64,000 nucleotides of DNA, taken from NCBI GenBank assembly GCA_041663425.1, contig JBAYMS010000005.1, positions 531 through 64,530 of the forward strand. The letters run 5' to 3'. Positions 54,124-62,578 of the stretch are shown here, piece by piece. Positions within the stretch are counted from its first letter, which is position 1. Every line of letters begins with the position of its first letter. The translations under genes were made by a program, and so were the position numbers. Source of the DNA: Candidatus Omnitrophota bacterium (GTDB taxonomy: Bacteria; Omnitrophota; Gorgyraeia; 2-01-FULL-45-10). The notes under the pieces were generated by a model. That model worked only from the letters and a program-made list of their open reading frames with translations, was not told the origin of the DNA and did not search any database.

Positions 54124-54576
54124 TTATTGCTGAACTAAATACTTTTCCAGTTCGGCCCATGTCTTAGGCCCAACCTTACCGTCAACTTTAAGGCCTACTG
54201 ATTTCTGGAATTCCTCAACAGCTTTCTGTGTCTTCGGCCCTAATTTACCGTCGATAGAACCAGTGTAAAAACCTGCATTTTTAAGTGCTTTCTGGATATC
54301 TTTAACTTTGTTGTATTTCTCCTGAACAGCTGATTGCACCACTACAGACTTTTCGGCTACCTGTGGAGCAGCGGAGGGAGGTATGGTCTCTGTTGCCACT
54401 ATCTGCGCCGGTTCCGGCGTTGCAAGGGTTTCTGTTGCCGGAGATATAGCTTCAGCAGGCATAGTTGCGCTCGTTTCTGGAGTTTCCGTCTTCTCAACCT
54501 TTGCCTTGCAACCAAAAAATGCAAGCGGCAGAACAATCACCGCGACTAAAACTATTATAAAAAATCTTTTATTCAT
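54124..54576 (-). CDS. Lipoprotein with C-terminal peptidoglycan-binding (PG_binding_1) domain
   Basis: 150 aa. The lipobox is LAFFGC. A Pro/Thr/Ala-rich linker follows. The C-terminal IQKALKNAGFYTGSIDGKLGPKTQKAVEEFQKSVGLKVDGKVGPKTWAEL is a PG_binding_1 repeat. Confidence 0.65.
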   Translation of the reverse strand: MNKRFFIIVLVAVIVLPLAFFGCKAKVEKTETPETSATMPAEAISPATETLATPEPAQIVATETIPPSAAPQVAEKSVVVQSAVQEKYNKVKDIQKALKNAGFYTGSIDGKLGPKTQKAVEEFQKSVGLKVDGKVGPKTWAELEKYLVQQ

Positions 54577-54659
54577 CTACTCCCCCTTTCTAATTTTTGG
54601 AAGATGAATTATTATTGCATATAATCATTCTAAAATTATACCGCCACTCGCCACTTTGT

Positions 54660-54715
54660 CAAGTTAATTCAATAAGTCTATCTACCAGGTGCCTCGATCT
54701 CTGATCGAGGCCAAG
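54660..54715. repeat. Third copy of the CAAGTT-box plus TCT-loop hairpin intergenic element
   Basis: The sequence is caagttaattcaataagtctatctaccaggtgcctcgatctctgatcgaggccaag. The hairpin GCCTCGATC-TCT-GATCGAGGC (perfect 9-bp stem) is flanked by CAAGTTAATTCA and CCAAG, as in the 53628..53731 copies. Confidence 0.7.
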
Positions 54716-55876
54716 CTATATCTGACTTTCTGATTTAAGAAAACGCTCTGTCCGTAGCATAGCTTCTTTTAATTTATCAAAACCTGTCGCGTAGGATATT
54801 CTCACATATCCTTCGCCTGACGGGCCAAAGGCCGTGCCGGGCACAACCGCCACTTTTTCCTGCTTTAAAAGGCGGCTGGAAAATTCCAGCGAAGAAAGTC
54901 CGGTTTCCTTTATAGAAGGGAACGCATAAAAAGCCCCCTCGGGCTTATGACAGGGAAGCCCCATTTCATTAAGCCGCGTTATAACAAATTCCCGCCTTCT
55001 TCTGTATTCACGCTTCATCTCAGCAACAGACCTCTCACTATTCTTAAGCGCTTCTATGGCCGCCATCTGAGAAGATATGGGAACACACATCATTGTATAC
55101 TGATGTATTTTTGTCATAGCGGCGATTATGTCTTTCGGACCGCAGGCATATCCTATCCTCCAGCCTGTCATAGCAAAAGCTTTGGAGAAACCGTTTAAAT
55201 ATATAGTCCGCGCTTTCATGCCGGGCAGCGTCGGAAAAGGCGTATGCTCAAAATCATATGTCAGGTCGCAATATATTTCATCGGCGACCATAATAAGATC
55301 CTTCTTAGCGACAACGCCCGCTATGGCCCTCAATTCTTTTTTGGAATAAGAATTACCTGTTGGATTATTCGGATAACTTAGAACTATGGCTTTTGTCTTT
55401 TTATCATATGCTTTGACTATGTCACGGGGAGTAATCTTAAACCCATTCAGAGGAGATGTTTTTATAGGAACAGGTCTACCGCCGCAGATTGTAGTAACCG
55501 GCCCATACGAAACATAGGCAGGCTCCTGTATCAGTATTTTATCTCCACGATCGGTTATCGCTCTTATAGCAAGATCAAACCCTTCGCTCACTCCGACCGT
55601 TACTAAAATCTCTTCTTCCGGATCATAATCAAGGTTGTATCGATTTTCAAGGTATCTGGAAATTTCCCGCCTCAATTCCACCATACCTTTATTAGAAGTA
55701 TACGAAGTATAGCCTTCTTCAAGAGAAAATATCGCCTTCTCCCTTATGTTCCACGGTGTGACAAAATCGGGCTCTCCGACACCAAGGGATATCACATCCT
55801 TCATGCCCAGGACAAGGTCAAAAAATACACGTATCCCGGACGGGGGAATCTGCTGAACCAATTTAGATATCTTCAT
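54716..55876 (-). CDS. Class I/II PLP-dependent aminotransferase (aspartate/aromatic aminotransferase-like)
   Basis: 386 aa. It has GVGEPDF and NGFSKAFAMTGWRIGY (SxSKxxxxxGxRxGY PLP-lysine motif) and NPTG. Confidence 0.85.
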   Translation of the reverse strand: MKISKLVQQIPPSGIRVFFDLVLGMKDVISLGVGEPDFVTPWNIREKAIFSLEEGYTSYTSNKGMVELRREISRYLENRYNLDYDPEEEILVTVGVSEGFDLAIRAITDRGDKILIQEPAYVSYGPVTTICGGRPVPIKTSPLNGFKITPRDIVKAYDKKTKAIVLSYPNNPTGNSYSKKELRAIAGVVAKKDLIMVADEIYCDLTYDFEHTPFPTLPGMKARTIYLNGFSKAFAMTGWRIGYACGPKDIIAAMTKIHQYTMMCVPISSQMAAIEALKNSERSVAEMKREYRRRREFVITRLNEMGLPCHKPEGAFYAFPSIKETGLSSLEFSSRLLKQEKVAVVPGTAFGPSGEGYVRISYATGFDKLKEAMLRTERFLKSESQI

Positions 55877-55898
55877 GTCCTATTACAAACCATCCTTT

Positions 55899-56384
55899 TT
55901 ATAACGTTATCGCCGGCCGCTTGCTTCTCTCCGGCTGTTTTAATATATCCCCGTCTTCTTTATATTTTTTTAGTATGAAATGAGTGACCGTCCCGCGCAC
56001 ATTCTCCATAGGCGATAATTTTTCCGCAACGAAATTTGAAACAGTGTGAATACTCTTGCCTTCCACGACGACGAGAAGATCGTATGTACCTGACATCAGG
56101 TAACAGCTGGTCACTTCAGGGAACTGATATATTCTCTCAGCTACATGCTCAAATCCAAGATTCTTCTGAGGAGTTATCCTGACCTCTATAAGCGCACGGA
56201 CACCCGATTCATCCTCCCTGGTGATCTCTTTATTTATGATCGCTTTGTATTTAAGTATCACGCCGTCTTTTTCGAGTTTTTTTATTTCTTTTTTTACGGC
56301 TGCGGGAGAGATGCCGAGCATCTTCGCTATTTCTTCAGGCGTAGTCCTTGCATCCTTTTCCAATATCTCTAATATTTCGTTCAT
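55899..56384 (-). CDS. Lrp/AsnC-family transcriptional regulator
   Basis: 161 aa. The N-terminal HTH is LEKDARTTPEEIAKMLGISPAAVKKEIKKLEKDGVI. The C-terminal RAM domain has an AsnC-type layout. Confidence 0.85.
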   Translation of the reverse strand: MNEILEILEKDARTTPEEIAKMLGISPAAVKKEIKKLEKDGVILKYKAIINKEITREDESGVRALIEVRITPQKNLGFEHVAERIYQFPEVTSCYLMSGTYDLLVVVEGKSIHTVSNFVAEKLSPMENVRGTVTHFILKKYKEDGDILKQPERSKRPAITL

Positions 56385-56395
56385 TTTAATAGTCT

Positions 56396-56441
56396 CCTAA
56401 ATTAAAAGGGGCTGCTCTCTGTAACTCGAGAGCCGCCCCTT
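56396..56441 (-). terminator. Rho-independent terminator downstream of the 56464..56979 lipoprotein gene
   Basis: On the minus strand the sequence is AAGGGGCGGCTCTC-GAGTTACA-GAGAGCAGCCCCTT (a 14-bp stem with one mismatch), followed by TTTAATTTA. Confidence 0.6.
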
Positions 56442-56463
56442 ATTAAAATTTTCTATATCTTTG

Positions 56464-56979
56464 TTACTTTGTGGCAGCTCCCTCGTCAGACAACCCTGCG
56501 GCGCTTTGTGCCGACGCAGACTCATACCTGCTAAGAGCTTCCCATGTCTTCGGCCCTACAACACCGTCAGCTTTAAGGCCGTTCGCTTTCTGAAATTCTT
56601 TTATAGCTTTCTTTGTATTCCTGCCCTTAACTCCGTCAATGTTTCCTTTATAAAAACCCGCGTTCTTAAGGCACGCCTGTATTTGTTTGGTATGCTCGCG
56701 GCCTTTAACAGATCCAGACCTGGTAGTTATATTGGTAACAACTGTTTTCTCTTTGGCAGACTTGATATCTTCTATCGTTTGGCCCTGCTCATTCACCATA
56801 CGCTCTGACTCTGCCTGCTTGGATTCCATAGATTCAACTCTTGATTCTAATGTATCCACTTTAGATTTAATGCCGGACACTTCTTCTTTGAACTTCTTAG
56901 GCACAGTGCTGCAACCGGATGCTAAAAACGCCGCAGACACCATCACCACTACTAATAAAACTAAATTTTTTCTTACCAT
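56464..56979 (-). CDS. Coiled-coil lipoprotein with C-terminal peptidoglycan-binding (PG_binding_1) domain
   Basis: 171 aa. The lipobox is LASGC. A coiled-coil segment follows. The C-terminal IQACLKNAGFYKGNIDGVKGRNTKKAIKEFQKANGLKADGVVGPKTWEAL is paralogous to the 54124..54576 domain. Confidence 0.65.
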   Translation of the reverse strand: MVRKNLVLLVVVMVSAAFLASGCSTVPKKFKEEVSGIKSKVDTLESRVESMESKQAESERMVNEQGQTIEDIKSAKEKTVVTNITTRSGSVKGREHTKQIQACLKNAGFYKGNIDGVKGRNTKKAIKEFQKANGLKADGVVGPKTWEALSRYESASAQSAAGLSDEGAATK

Positions 56980-57041
56980 CTAAGTTCCTCCCGTTCAGAC
57001 CTTTAAAAAATTATATGCCACAATCACCCGAAAAGCAAATA

Positions 57042-57836
57042 CTATTTTCTATTCTTAGCACCATTTAAAATTTCCGCGGACTCTTTTACGCTTGCACCTT
57101 CATGGACTATTTTACGCACAGCCTTTATCATGCTAACAGCATTATCTGACTGCCATATGTTCCTACCCATATCAACGCCACACGCACCTTCATTAACAGC
57201 CTTATAAGCAAGCTTCAGGACATCTAACTCTGTCTTGAGCTTAGGCCCTCCCGCTATTACAAGTGGAACGGGACAAGATTTCACAACCTTCTCAAAATCT
57301 TCGCAATAGTATGTCTTCACGACCTGGGCGCCCAGCTCTGCGGCTATCCTGCAGCATAAGCCAAGATACCTGGCATCTCTCTTCTCAAGTTCTTTACCTA
57401 CGGCGGTAACGGCCAGAACCGGCATGCCATATCTCTGTCCTTCATTAACCAGCTCACTCAAAGATGTCAGCGTTTTATTTTCATGCTCAGTGCCGATATA
57501 TATCGAAAATGCTACGGCGGAAGCGTTAAGCCTGAGAGCATCCTCCATAGAAGTTTGTATGCTTTCATTTGAAAGCGCCGGGCCGGCAATGCTATTTCCT
57601 CCGGAGACTCTAAGAATAACCGGAATATCCAGAGATGTATCAACGCAATTTCGCAGGACACCTCGTGTCAACATGAGAGCATCGGTGAAAGGAATGAGCG
57701 GTTTTATCGTTTCGCCCGGTTCTTCAAGCCTCGATATGGGCCCTAAAAAATAGCCATGATCGACAGCAAGCCACACAGCTTTACCGGTATCCGTTTTTAT
57801 TAAACGCGACATCCTGTTCTTCATTCCCCAGTCCAT
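57042..57836 (-). CDS. DhnA-type class I fructose-bisphosphate aldolase family (archaeal type, DeoC/LacD fold)
   Basis: 264 aa. It has AVDHGYFLGP, VLAVTAVGKE (Schiff-base Lys region) and VDMGRNIWQ, matching the GRNxFQ box of DhnA/FbaB-type aldolases and ADH synthase relatives. Confidence 0.65.
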   Translation of the reverse strand: MDWGMKNRMSRLIKTDTGKAVWLAVDHGYFLGPISRLEEPGETIKPLIPFTDALMLTRGVLRNCVDTSLDIPVILRVSGGNSIAGPALSNESIQTSMEDALRLNASAVAFSIYIGTEHENKTLTSLSELVNEGQRYGMPVLAVTAVGKELEKRDARYLGLCCRIAAELGAQVVKTYYCEDFEKVVKSCPVPLVIAGGPKLKTELDVLKLAYKAVNEGACGVDMGRNIWQSDNAVSMIKAVRKIVHEGASVKESAEILNGAKNRK

Positions 57837-57847
57837 ATCGCTCTCCT

Positions 57848-59641
57848 TTAGCCCAACTTCTTTTTCATTATATTCAATTCATCCCACATTTCTTTAGGCA
57901 TGCGCGGACCGAATTTTTTAAAGAACTCCTCTATGCCTTCAGCTTCATGCTTCCAGCCTTTTACATCTATATCAAATAATTTATCCAGATTTTCCTTCGG
58001 GATATTAAGCCCGGTGAGATCCAGATCTTTAATATGAGGCACAAAACCTAGAGGCGTATCTTTAGCTTCTACCTTATTATTGATCCTGTCGATCATCCAC
58101 TTCAATACTCTCATATTATCACCAAATCCCGGCCAGATATATTTACCCTTATCGTCTGTGCGGAACCAGTTGATCGAGAATACCTTCGGAGGATTGGAAA
58201 GCTTCTTACCTATATTAAGCCAATGCCTGAAATAATCGCCCATATTGTAGCCGCAGAATGGAAGCATCGCCATAGGATCACGCCTGACGACACCCTCCTT
58301 ATGAGTGGCAGCGGCAGTAGTTTCAGACCCCATACTTGAACCTAAGAAAATATTATGCTGCCAGTTAAAACCTTCGACGACAAGCGGCTTCACCTGGGTC
58401 CTCTTTCCGCCGAATATTATGGCAGAAATAGGCACGCCTTTGGGATTATCAAACTCCGGCGATAAGGTTGGGCACTGATAGATTGAGGCAGTGAATCTGG
58501 AATTCGGCTGAGCAGCTTTTGTGCCCATCGACTTATCCCATTTTTTCCCCTGCCAATCGACCATATTTTTCGGTATATCGCCATCGAGCCCTTCCCACCA
58601 AGGTTCGTTCTTATCTGTATCGAGCGCAGTATTTGTAAACAATGTAGGATAAAACGTGCCTTTTTTTAGGGTCTTCAGCATATTTGGATTTGTTTTCATG
58701 GATGTGCCCGGCGCAACACCAAAAAATCCGGATTCAGGATTTATAGCCCATAGCCTGCCATCGGATCCGACGTTAAGCCACGCTATATCATCACCAAGGG
58801 TCCATATTTTATATCCGGGCAAAGCAGGCTGAAGCATAGCAAGATTCGTTTTACCGCACGCACTAGGAAGCGCTGCTGCAACATATGTAACATTGCCCTT
58901 CGGATCCTGAATGCCCATTATGACCATGTGTTCGGCCAGCCAGCCTTCTTTCAGGCCAAGCCATGATGCTATGCGCAGGGCAAAGCATTTCTTGCCGAGC
59001 AAAGCATTGCCGCCATAACCGGAGCCTATACTCCAGACAAAATGCTCATCCGGAAAATGCATAACAAATCTCTTATCAGGATTAAAATCTCCTACAGAAT
59101 GAAAACCCTTTACGAAATTTTCATTATTACCGATCTTTGTAACGGCATCCTTGCTCATTCTGGTCATGATCCTCATGCTCACCGCAACATATGTAGTATC
59201 AGTAAGCTGGATACATGCCTTGGAGTATGGAGACTGAGGATGGCCCATAGTGTAGGGCAGTACATACATCGTCCGGCCCTTCATGCATCCGTCGGAGAGC
59301 TTGCGCATCTTCTCTTTTGCTTCGTCAGGATCCATCCAGTTATTATTAGGGCCTGCGGACTCTTTGTCGGAATGACATACGAATGTCAGGTGTTCTGTGC
59401 GCGCTACATCCGTAGGATGACTTCTGTGTAAATAGCAGTCTTTGTATGTTTTCTGGTTAAGTTCATGGAAAATCGGATTACCATCAAGCTTCTCTTCTTT
59501 TATTCCGATCTCAATAAGCTTATGCGCTTCCTCTTCGGAGCCGTCGCACCAGTATATTTTGTCCGGCTTTGCAAGTTTCGCCTGTTCATCAACCCATTTC
59601 TCAAGTGGTGTAGCCATTTTCTCCTCGTAATACACAGTCAA
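57848..59641 (-). CDS. pckG: Phosphoenolpyruvate carboxykinase (GTP)
   Basis: 597 aa. It has the kinase-1a P-loop region GSGYGGNALLGKKCFALRIAS and WEDP-type GTP-PEPCK motifs. Confidence 0.9.
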   Translation of the reverse strand: MTVYYEEKMATPLEKWVDEQAKLAKPDKIYWCDGSEEEAHKLIEIGIKEEKLDGNPIFHELNQKTYKDCYLHRSHPTDVARTEHLTFVCHSDKESAGPNNNWMDPDEAKEKMRKLSDGCMKGRTMYVLPYTMGHPQSPYSKACIQLTDTTYVAVSMRIMTRMSKDAVTKIGNNENFVKGFHSVGDFNPDKRFVMHFPDEHFVWSIGSGYGGNALLGKKCFALRIASWLGLKEGWLAEHMVIMGIQDPKGNVTYVAAALPSACGKTNLAMLQPALPGYKIWTLGDDIAWLNVGSDGRLWAINPESGFFGVAPGTSMKTNPNMLKTLKKGTFYPTLFTNTALDTDKNEPWWEGLDGDIPKNMVDWQGKKWDKSMGTKAAQPNSRFTASIYQCPTLSPEFDNPKGVPISAIIFGGKRTQVKPLVVEGFNWQHNIFLGSSMGSETTAAATHKEGVVRRDPMAMLPFCGYNMGDYFRHWLNIGKKLSNPPKVFSINWFRTDDKGKYIWPGFGDNMRVLKWMIDRINNKVEAKDTPLGFVPHIKDLDLTGLNIPKENLDKLFDIDVKGWKHEAEGIEEFFKKFGPRMPKEMWDELNIMKKKLG

Positions 59642-59649
59642 GTTGTAAA

Positions 59650-60678
59650 CTATTTCTGTGGTTGTATAATAACTTTTATCGAATCTTTCGCTTCTGCCAC
59701 TAATTTAAACCCCAGACCCGTGTCTTTTAGGCTAAATTGATGTGTTATCATATCACAAACATTTATTTTATGCGAGGCAATTTTTTTGAGCGCCTCGGCA
59801 TGATCCTTCGGGCTTCCGGCATATGAACTTATAATACTAACCTCATTTCGCCAGAATATATCATTTATCGGGACAGGGAATAATGCGTCCTTTTCTGCGG
59901 CCGCAAATATCAAAATAGTCCCTCCGCGTTCTACAGATCTCAGCGCCTGTTCAAAAGCTGATCTCGCACCGGCACATATGATCACATAGTCAGCAAGACA
60001 GCTGCCGTTAAGTGCCTTTAATTTTTCGGGTATATAATCTTTAGCATCGATAGCATGGTCAGCGCCGAATTTTTTTGCAGCGAGAAGGCGCGATCCGGCA
60101 ATATCCGTTGCAAATATATTTTTAGCACCTGATGATCTGGCTAGTTGAATATGCAGAAGTCCCGATATGCCGCTGCCTATTACAAGGACGGTTTTACCTT
60201 TTTTAAAACCGGCTAGACGCTGGCCGCGCAGAACACACGCCAGGGGCTCAATAAATGTCGCCTCGTTAAAAGAAACATTTTTAGGTATAAGATACGTGCC
60301 CTTTTCGACATTTATTTTAGGAATACGGACAAATTCACAGAATCCGCCGGGGTCAAAATTTGTTTTCCGCAAAGTATCACATACTGTCTCATGGCCGTCG
60401 AGACAGAAGCGGCACTCCCCGCACGGAACATGATGAGATACAGAAACCCTGTCGCCAATTTTGTATTTTTTAACACCCTTGCCTGTCTCAACTATAGTCC
60501 CGGCAATTTCATGCCCCAGAACAAGGGGGACTCTATGAATACGGTACCACTCGAGACAATCGGTCCCGCATATACCGCTCGCTTCTATCCTTACAAGAAG
60601 CTCGCCTGCGCCTATCTCGGGCGTGGGCTTCTCCTCGATACGGATATCGTTATTGCTGTAATAAACCGCTACTCGCAT
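59650..60678 (-). CDS. Zinc-dependent medium-chain alcohol dehydrogenase (threonine/sorbitol dehydrogenase-like)
   Basis: 342 aa. It has GHEIAGTIVETG, the structural-zinc motif CGECRFCLDGHETVC, and the Rossmann motif VIGSGISG. Confidence 0.8.
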   Translation of the reverse strand: MRVAVYYSNNDIRIEEKPTPEIGAGELLVRIEASGICGTDCLEWYRIHRVPLVLGHEIAGTIVETGKGVKKYKIGDRVSVSHHVPCGECRFCLDGHETVCDTLRKTNFDPGGFCEFVRIPKINVEKGTYLIPKNVSFNEATFIEPLACVLRGQRLAGFKKGKTVLVIGSGISGLLHIQLARSSGAKNIFATDIAGSRLLAAKKFGADHAIDAKDYIPEKLKALNGSCLADYVIICAGARSAFEQALRSVERGGTILIFAAAEKDALFPVPINDIFWRNEVSIISSYAGSPKDHAEALKKIASHKINVCDMITHQFSLKDTGLGFKLVAEAKDSIKVIIQPQK

Positions 60679-60686
60679 AAAATTTG

Positions 60687-61166
60687 CTACACTATCTTCT
60701 GCAGCGATGACGCTACGAAATCGTTATCCTGATTTTTCCTATCGGGAATATTTATCTCTTCTATCTTTGAAGCCCCCTTTGCCTCAAGGACAGCCCTTAT
60801 ATTTTTAAAACATTTTTTTACACCCATACCACTTCCGGAAGTCAGCAGCACTATGACCCGCTTATTCTTCAGGCCTGTAAGATTTTCGAGAAAAGTATTT
60901 ATTGCAGGCACCGGGGCAAACGCCCATACGGGCGAACCGATTATCACGAGATCGTAAGAGGATGCGTCAAACTTTACACCCTGCCCCAGGATCGCCCTCG
61001 AGCCTTTTTGAGCTGCCAGGCACTGACCTATAAAACCTTTTATTTCATTGGTAGGTTTAAGCCTCTGGACATGGACCTCGCCTTTAGATTCCATTATTTT
61101 TCCAAACATTCTGGATATTCTGTCGGTATGACCGCTATAAGAATAATATGTTATAAGAGTTTTCAT
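60687..61166 (-). CDS. Flavodoxin-family protein
   Basis: 159 aa. The N-terminal TLITYYSYSGHTDRI is an FMN phosphate-binding loop (T/SxTGxT-like). Confidence 0.6.
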   Translation of the reverse strand: MKTLITYYSYSGHTDRISRMFGKIMESKGEVHVQRLKPTNEIKGFIGQCLAAQKGSRAILGQGVKFDASSYDLVIIGSPVWAFAPVPAINTFLENLTGLKNKRVIVLLTSGSGMGVKKCFKNIRAVLEAKGASKIEEINIPDRKNQDNDFVASSLQKIV

Positions 61167-61194
61167 CGCCTACCCCCGGTTAAAAATTTATACA

Positions 61195-62247
61195 CTACCA
61201 TCGCCATGCTGCGCCCGCGTAAAAAGCCAATTCATGCTTTAATGCCAGGGCGCGCAGAAATATTTCACCTGTGCCGTCTAAGATTTTGTCTGACATTTCA
61301 AATTCCATACCCAGATACTCATTGCTGGTGCCGCTCTTCAATTTAAATGATACCATGCCCCCGTCCTTAAGCGCAACATCCGCCCCGAAAAGTATAGCAC
61401 GGCATTTCCTGCCTTCGTATTTTATCTCAAACAATAAACCCGCATTACGTTTTAGCTTCCATTTACCGTATAGAGCAATCGTCTGCTTTTTTACCGATGT
61501 TCCTGACGCCAAACCTATACCTGCTTCATATTTAATGCAATTTCCGGACAACACGCCAGCGCTCGTTTTAAAATCGAAACCGGAATCCGAATCCCCGGAA
61601 AATAAATACGATATCCTCGCCTTTTCTTTTATGTCCCAATATCCACTGAATATCAGAGTATGGATTTCTTTTTTCTTTCCGGAAGAAGAGGCCTTTTTAT
61701 ACTGGTATGCTATCTGATGATATTTATTAATACTCCAAGTCCCGTCCAATGTAAGCGTGTCAGATCTACCAGATTCTCTTTTCACCCTGAAAGACAGCCT
61801 GTTCTTTTCATCGGCGTTCCATGACCCCTGGAGATCCAGGACATAAGTAGATTGTTTTACCCCGCTTCTGGTGGTGACTGAAAACAGAAGCGAACTCTTG
61901 CCGACATCAAGTATCCGGCCCTGTATAGTAAGCTGATCGCCGAACGTCCTGCGCCCCTCCTTATCGAGGGTAAATTTGAGTTCGTGATTATCGCCGAGCG
62001 ACCAACTGCCGTCCAGCCTGAATTGATGAGGAATATTCTCGCTTCCGTCCAGAGGGGATTTTATTCGGTATGAGAGATTGTTATTACCGTCAATACAGAA
62101 TCTGCCGTCTAATATTTTCCGGAATTTCTGAAGGCCGCTTTTGGTACCGCTATTATTAATGACAAGCCTGTTAAACGGGTCCGTCTCATAATATGTTTTT
62201 TGCATATGATCGCTGAATAATATAGTGCTCGCCCTGGCACATAACAA
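61195..62247 (-). CDS. Hypothetical protein with five internal ~47-aa repeats (DGSW...F motif), C-terminal aromatic
   Basis: 350 aa. The repeats are LDGSWSLGDNHELKF, LQGSWNADEKNRLSF, LDGTWSINKYHQIAY, FSGYWDIKEKARISY and LYGKWKLKRNAGLLF. It ends in ...AAWRW. Confidence 0.4.
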   Translation of the reverse strand: MLCARASTILFSDHMQKTYYETDPFNRLVINNSGTKSGLQKFRKILDGRFCIDGNNNLSYRIKSPLDGSENIPHQFRLDGSWSLGDNHELKFTLDKEGRRTFGDQLTIQGRILDVGKSSLLFSVTTRSGVKQSTYVLDLQGSWNADEKNRLSFRVKRESGRSDTLTLDGTWSINKYHQIAYQYKKASSSGKKKEIHTLIFSGYWDIKEKARISYLFSGDSDSGFDFKTSAGVLSGNCIKYEAGIGLASGTSVKKQTIALYGKWKLKRNAGLLFEIKYEGRKCRAILFGADVALKDGGMVSFKLKSGTSNEYLGMEFEMSDKILDGTGEIFLRALALKHELAFYAGAAWRW

Positions 62248-62266
62248 CTATTGCATTTTCACTTTT

Positions 62267-62500
62267 TTAGCTGCGGGACACAGTGCCGATACCGTCGGCC
62301 ATTTTCTGAAATATTCCTATCTTTTTAAAAGGCACCGTCTTTACTTCGTATTCACCGTGTATCACATCGCTCATCTTCTGAAATACCGTATCATCCTTTT
62401 CCTCACCGGCAGCCTGTTCAGGCTGTCCGTAAGCCGGCACCGCTGCAACCGCGCCGCAAATAATAAGAGATGCAATAATTAAACTTTTATAATTTTTCAT
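62267..62500 (-). CDS. Small exported hypothetical protein
   Basis: 77 aa. The signal peptide is MKNYKSLIIASLIICGAVAAVPAYG. Confidence 0.35.
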   Translation of the reverse strand: MKNYKSLIIASLIICGAVAAVPAYGQPEQAAGEEKDDTVFQKMSDVIHGEYEVKTVPFKKIGIFQKMADGIGTVSRS

Positions 62501-62561
62501 ATCTGCTCCTTTTGAAATTATTTTACCTCAAAACAACTCTTAACTACAACTTATTTTGTTA

Positions 62562-62570
62562 CAGCCGCCA
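62562..62570 (+). promoter_or_regulatory. Candidate -10 element (TGTATAAT) for the plus-strand oxidoreductase gene
   Basis: ATGTATAAT contains a perfect TATAAT with an adjacent TG. It coincides with the first three codons of the longest ORF, so the real start of the downstream gene may be the second Met (MDKVNVTIIGAG) at 62594. Confidence 0.3.
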
Positions 62571-62578
62571 TTACTATT

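Noticed and set aside
53628-54715. The TCT-loop hairpins as Rho-independent terminators or as a CRISPR-like array
   Set aside because: No U tract follows the hairpins on either strand, which a classical intrinsic terminator would need. Only three copies exist, with a 52-bp period in one place, and there are no spacer-like unique segments or cas genes. It is reported instead as an unexplained repeat family.
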